This document shows positions 23,198-23,900 of a stretch of 23,900 bases of DNA, one piece after another. Position 1 is the stretch's first letter, and each line of letters starts with the position of its first letter. Made by a program: the position numbers and the translations under genes. This DNA comes from a virus. Where the stretch lies: positions 1 to 23,900 of the IMG/VR virus record IMGVR_UViG_3300048502_000040. One strand, 5' to 3'. The notes beneath the pieces are model-generated. The model was not told where the DNA came from, made no database searches, and saw nothing but the letters and a program-made list of their open reading frames with translations.

Positions 23198-23497
23198 ATG
23201 ACTGAGTTCGAGAAGAAGCAACCCCGCGCCGTCTTCATCAGTGCTGGTGAGAAGGCATTCCGCATGGGCATCCTGCCCGGCAACAACCCATACACCCTGA
23301 CGCCCTACCGGGAGTTCTGGCAGCGCGGCTACAAGCAGGCCGAAGATAAGTTCAACGGCACGACCCAACGCAAGCGCCCGTTCCTGAAAGCAGTTCAGAG
23401 CATCGGTCGCGGCAACCGCACACCCTCGGATCGCCCGGTCATCCCACTCGGGAGAATCACCCACTTCAATCGCAAGCACCAGACACAAGCCGCTTAG
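23198..23497 (+). CDS. basic hypothetical protein
   Basis: AGGAG RBS; G..AF..G....NPY......W..GY motif. Confidence 0.75.
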   Translation: MTEFEKKQPRAVFISAGEKAFRMGILPGNNPYTLTPYREFWQRGYKQAEDKFNGTTQRKRPFLKAVQSIGRGNRTPSDRPVIPLGRITHFNRKHQTQAA

Positions 23498-23510
23498 GAG
23501 GCGGCACCAT

Positions 23511-23819
23511 ATGCTGAAACTGAGACTATCAGAAACGCTCAAGGCGAACCTGAAGAAGGTGCTGCGTAGCAAGCCCAACCTGAAGTGCCCGAAGCATGTC
23601 AGGTACAACCCGGCACAGGGTCGCGGCGCTATCGTTGGCGGGTGCTCTGGGTGCGAACGTGCGATGACGGCCTACAACGCCTACATCAACATGACCAACG
23701 CTGTCGCCTTGTACGTCACCATGACGGTCGATCCCTACGAGACCGCCAAGCCTCGGGCAAAGAATGGGTTCACTAAGAAGGAATTGGAAGAAGCTCGTGG
23801 AGCAGTTCAATCCCTTTAG
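23511..23819 (+). CDS. hypothetical protein (CxxH..CxxC)
   Basis: AGGAGG RBS. Confidence 0.75.
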   Translation: MLKLRLSETLKANLKKVLRSKPNLKCPKHVRYNPAQGRGAIVGGCSGCERAMTAYNAYINMTNAVALYVTMTVDPYETAKPRAKNGFTKKELEEARGAVQSL

Positions 23820-23828
23820 AAAGGTTAC

Positions 23829-23900
23829 ATGCCCCTGAGTGAAGCGTTCATCCGTCGATTCGGCAACATGACGGAGAAGTACACGTTCTTCAATGGCGAA
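23829..23900 (+). CDS. hypothetical protein, 3' truncated
   Basis: AAAGG RBS; MPLSEAFIRRFGNMTEKYTFFNGE... Confidence 0.55.
   Translation, partial: MPLSEAFIRRFGNMTEKYTFFNGE

Noticed and set aside
1-23900. Host assignment
   Set aside because: Sigma70 promoters and IHF-like boxes are too general to name a host.

Overview
A 23.9 kb fragment of a large dsDNA (tailed) phage genome, nearly all on the + strand. Bases 1-25 are a SMART template-switch adapter, a library artefact. Left to right: (1) the 3' end of a family A DNA polymerase and small hypothetical genes. (2) An RNA island (~1.47-4.23 kb) holding a circularly permuted two-piece tmRNA, a broken HNH gene, a tRNA mimic without a normal anticodon loop, and several structured modules closed by terminal stems. 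(3) A metallophosphoesterase, an RlpA-like transglycosylase and hypothetical proteins. (4) A non-coding stretch with two IHF-consensus sites (~8.8-9.4 kb), followed by ~4 kb with a restricted k-mer vocabulary and a repeated leader hairpin; this may be the genome end and first-injected DNA. (5) A Ycf46-like AAA+/DUF1257/DUF2997/DUF3150-like module interrupted by two HNH genes, in which the ATPase has Walker B before Walker A. (6) A hexapeptide-repeat protein, a minimal tyrosine recombinase and another HNH-type gene. Five unrelated proteins end in a shared R[KR]F[RQ][ES] motif, and the ATPase ends in a variant of it. Many near-consensus sigma70 promoters are present. All calls are by-eye motif and pairing recognition; no searches were run.
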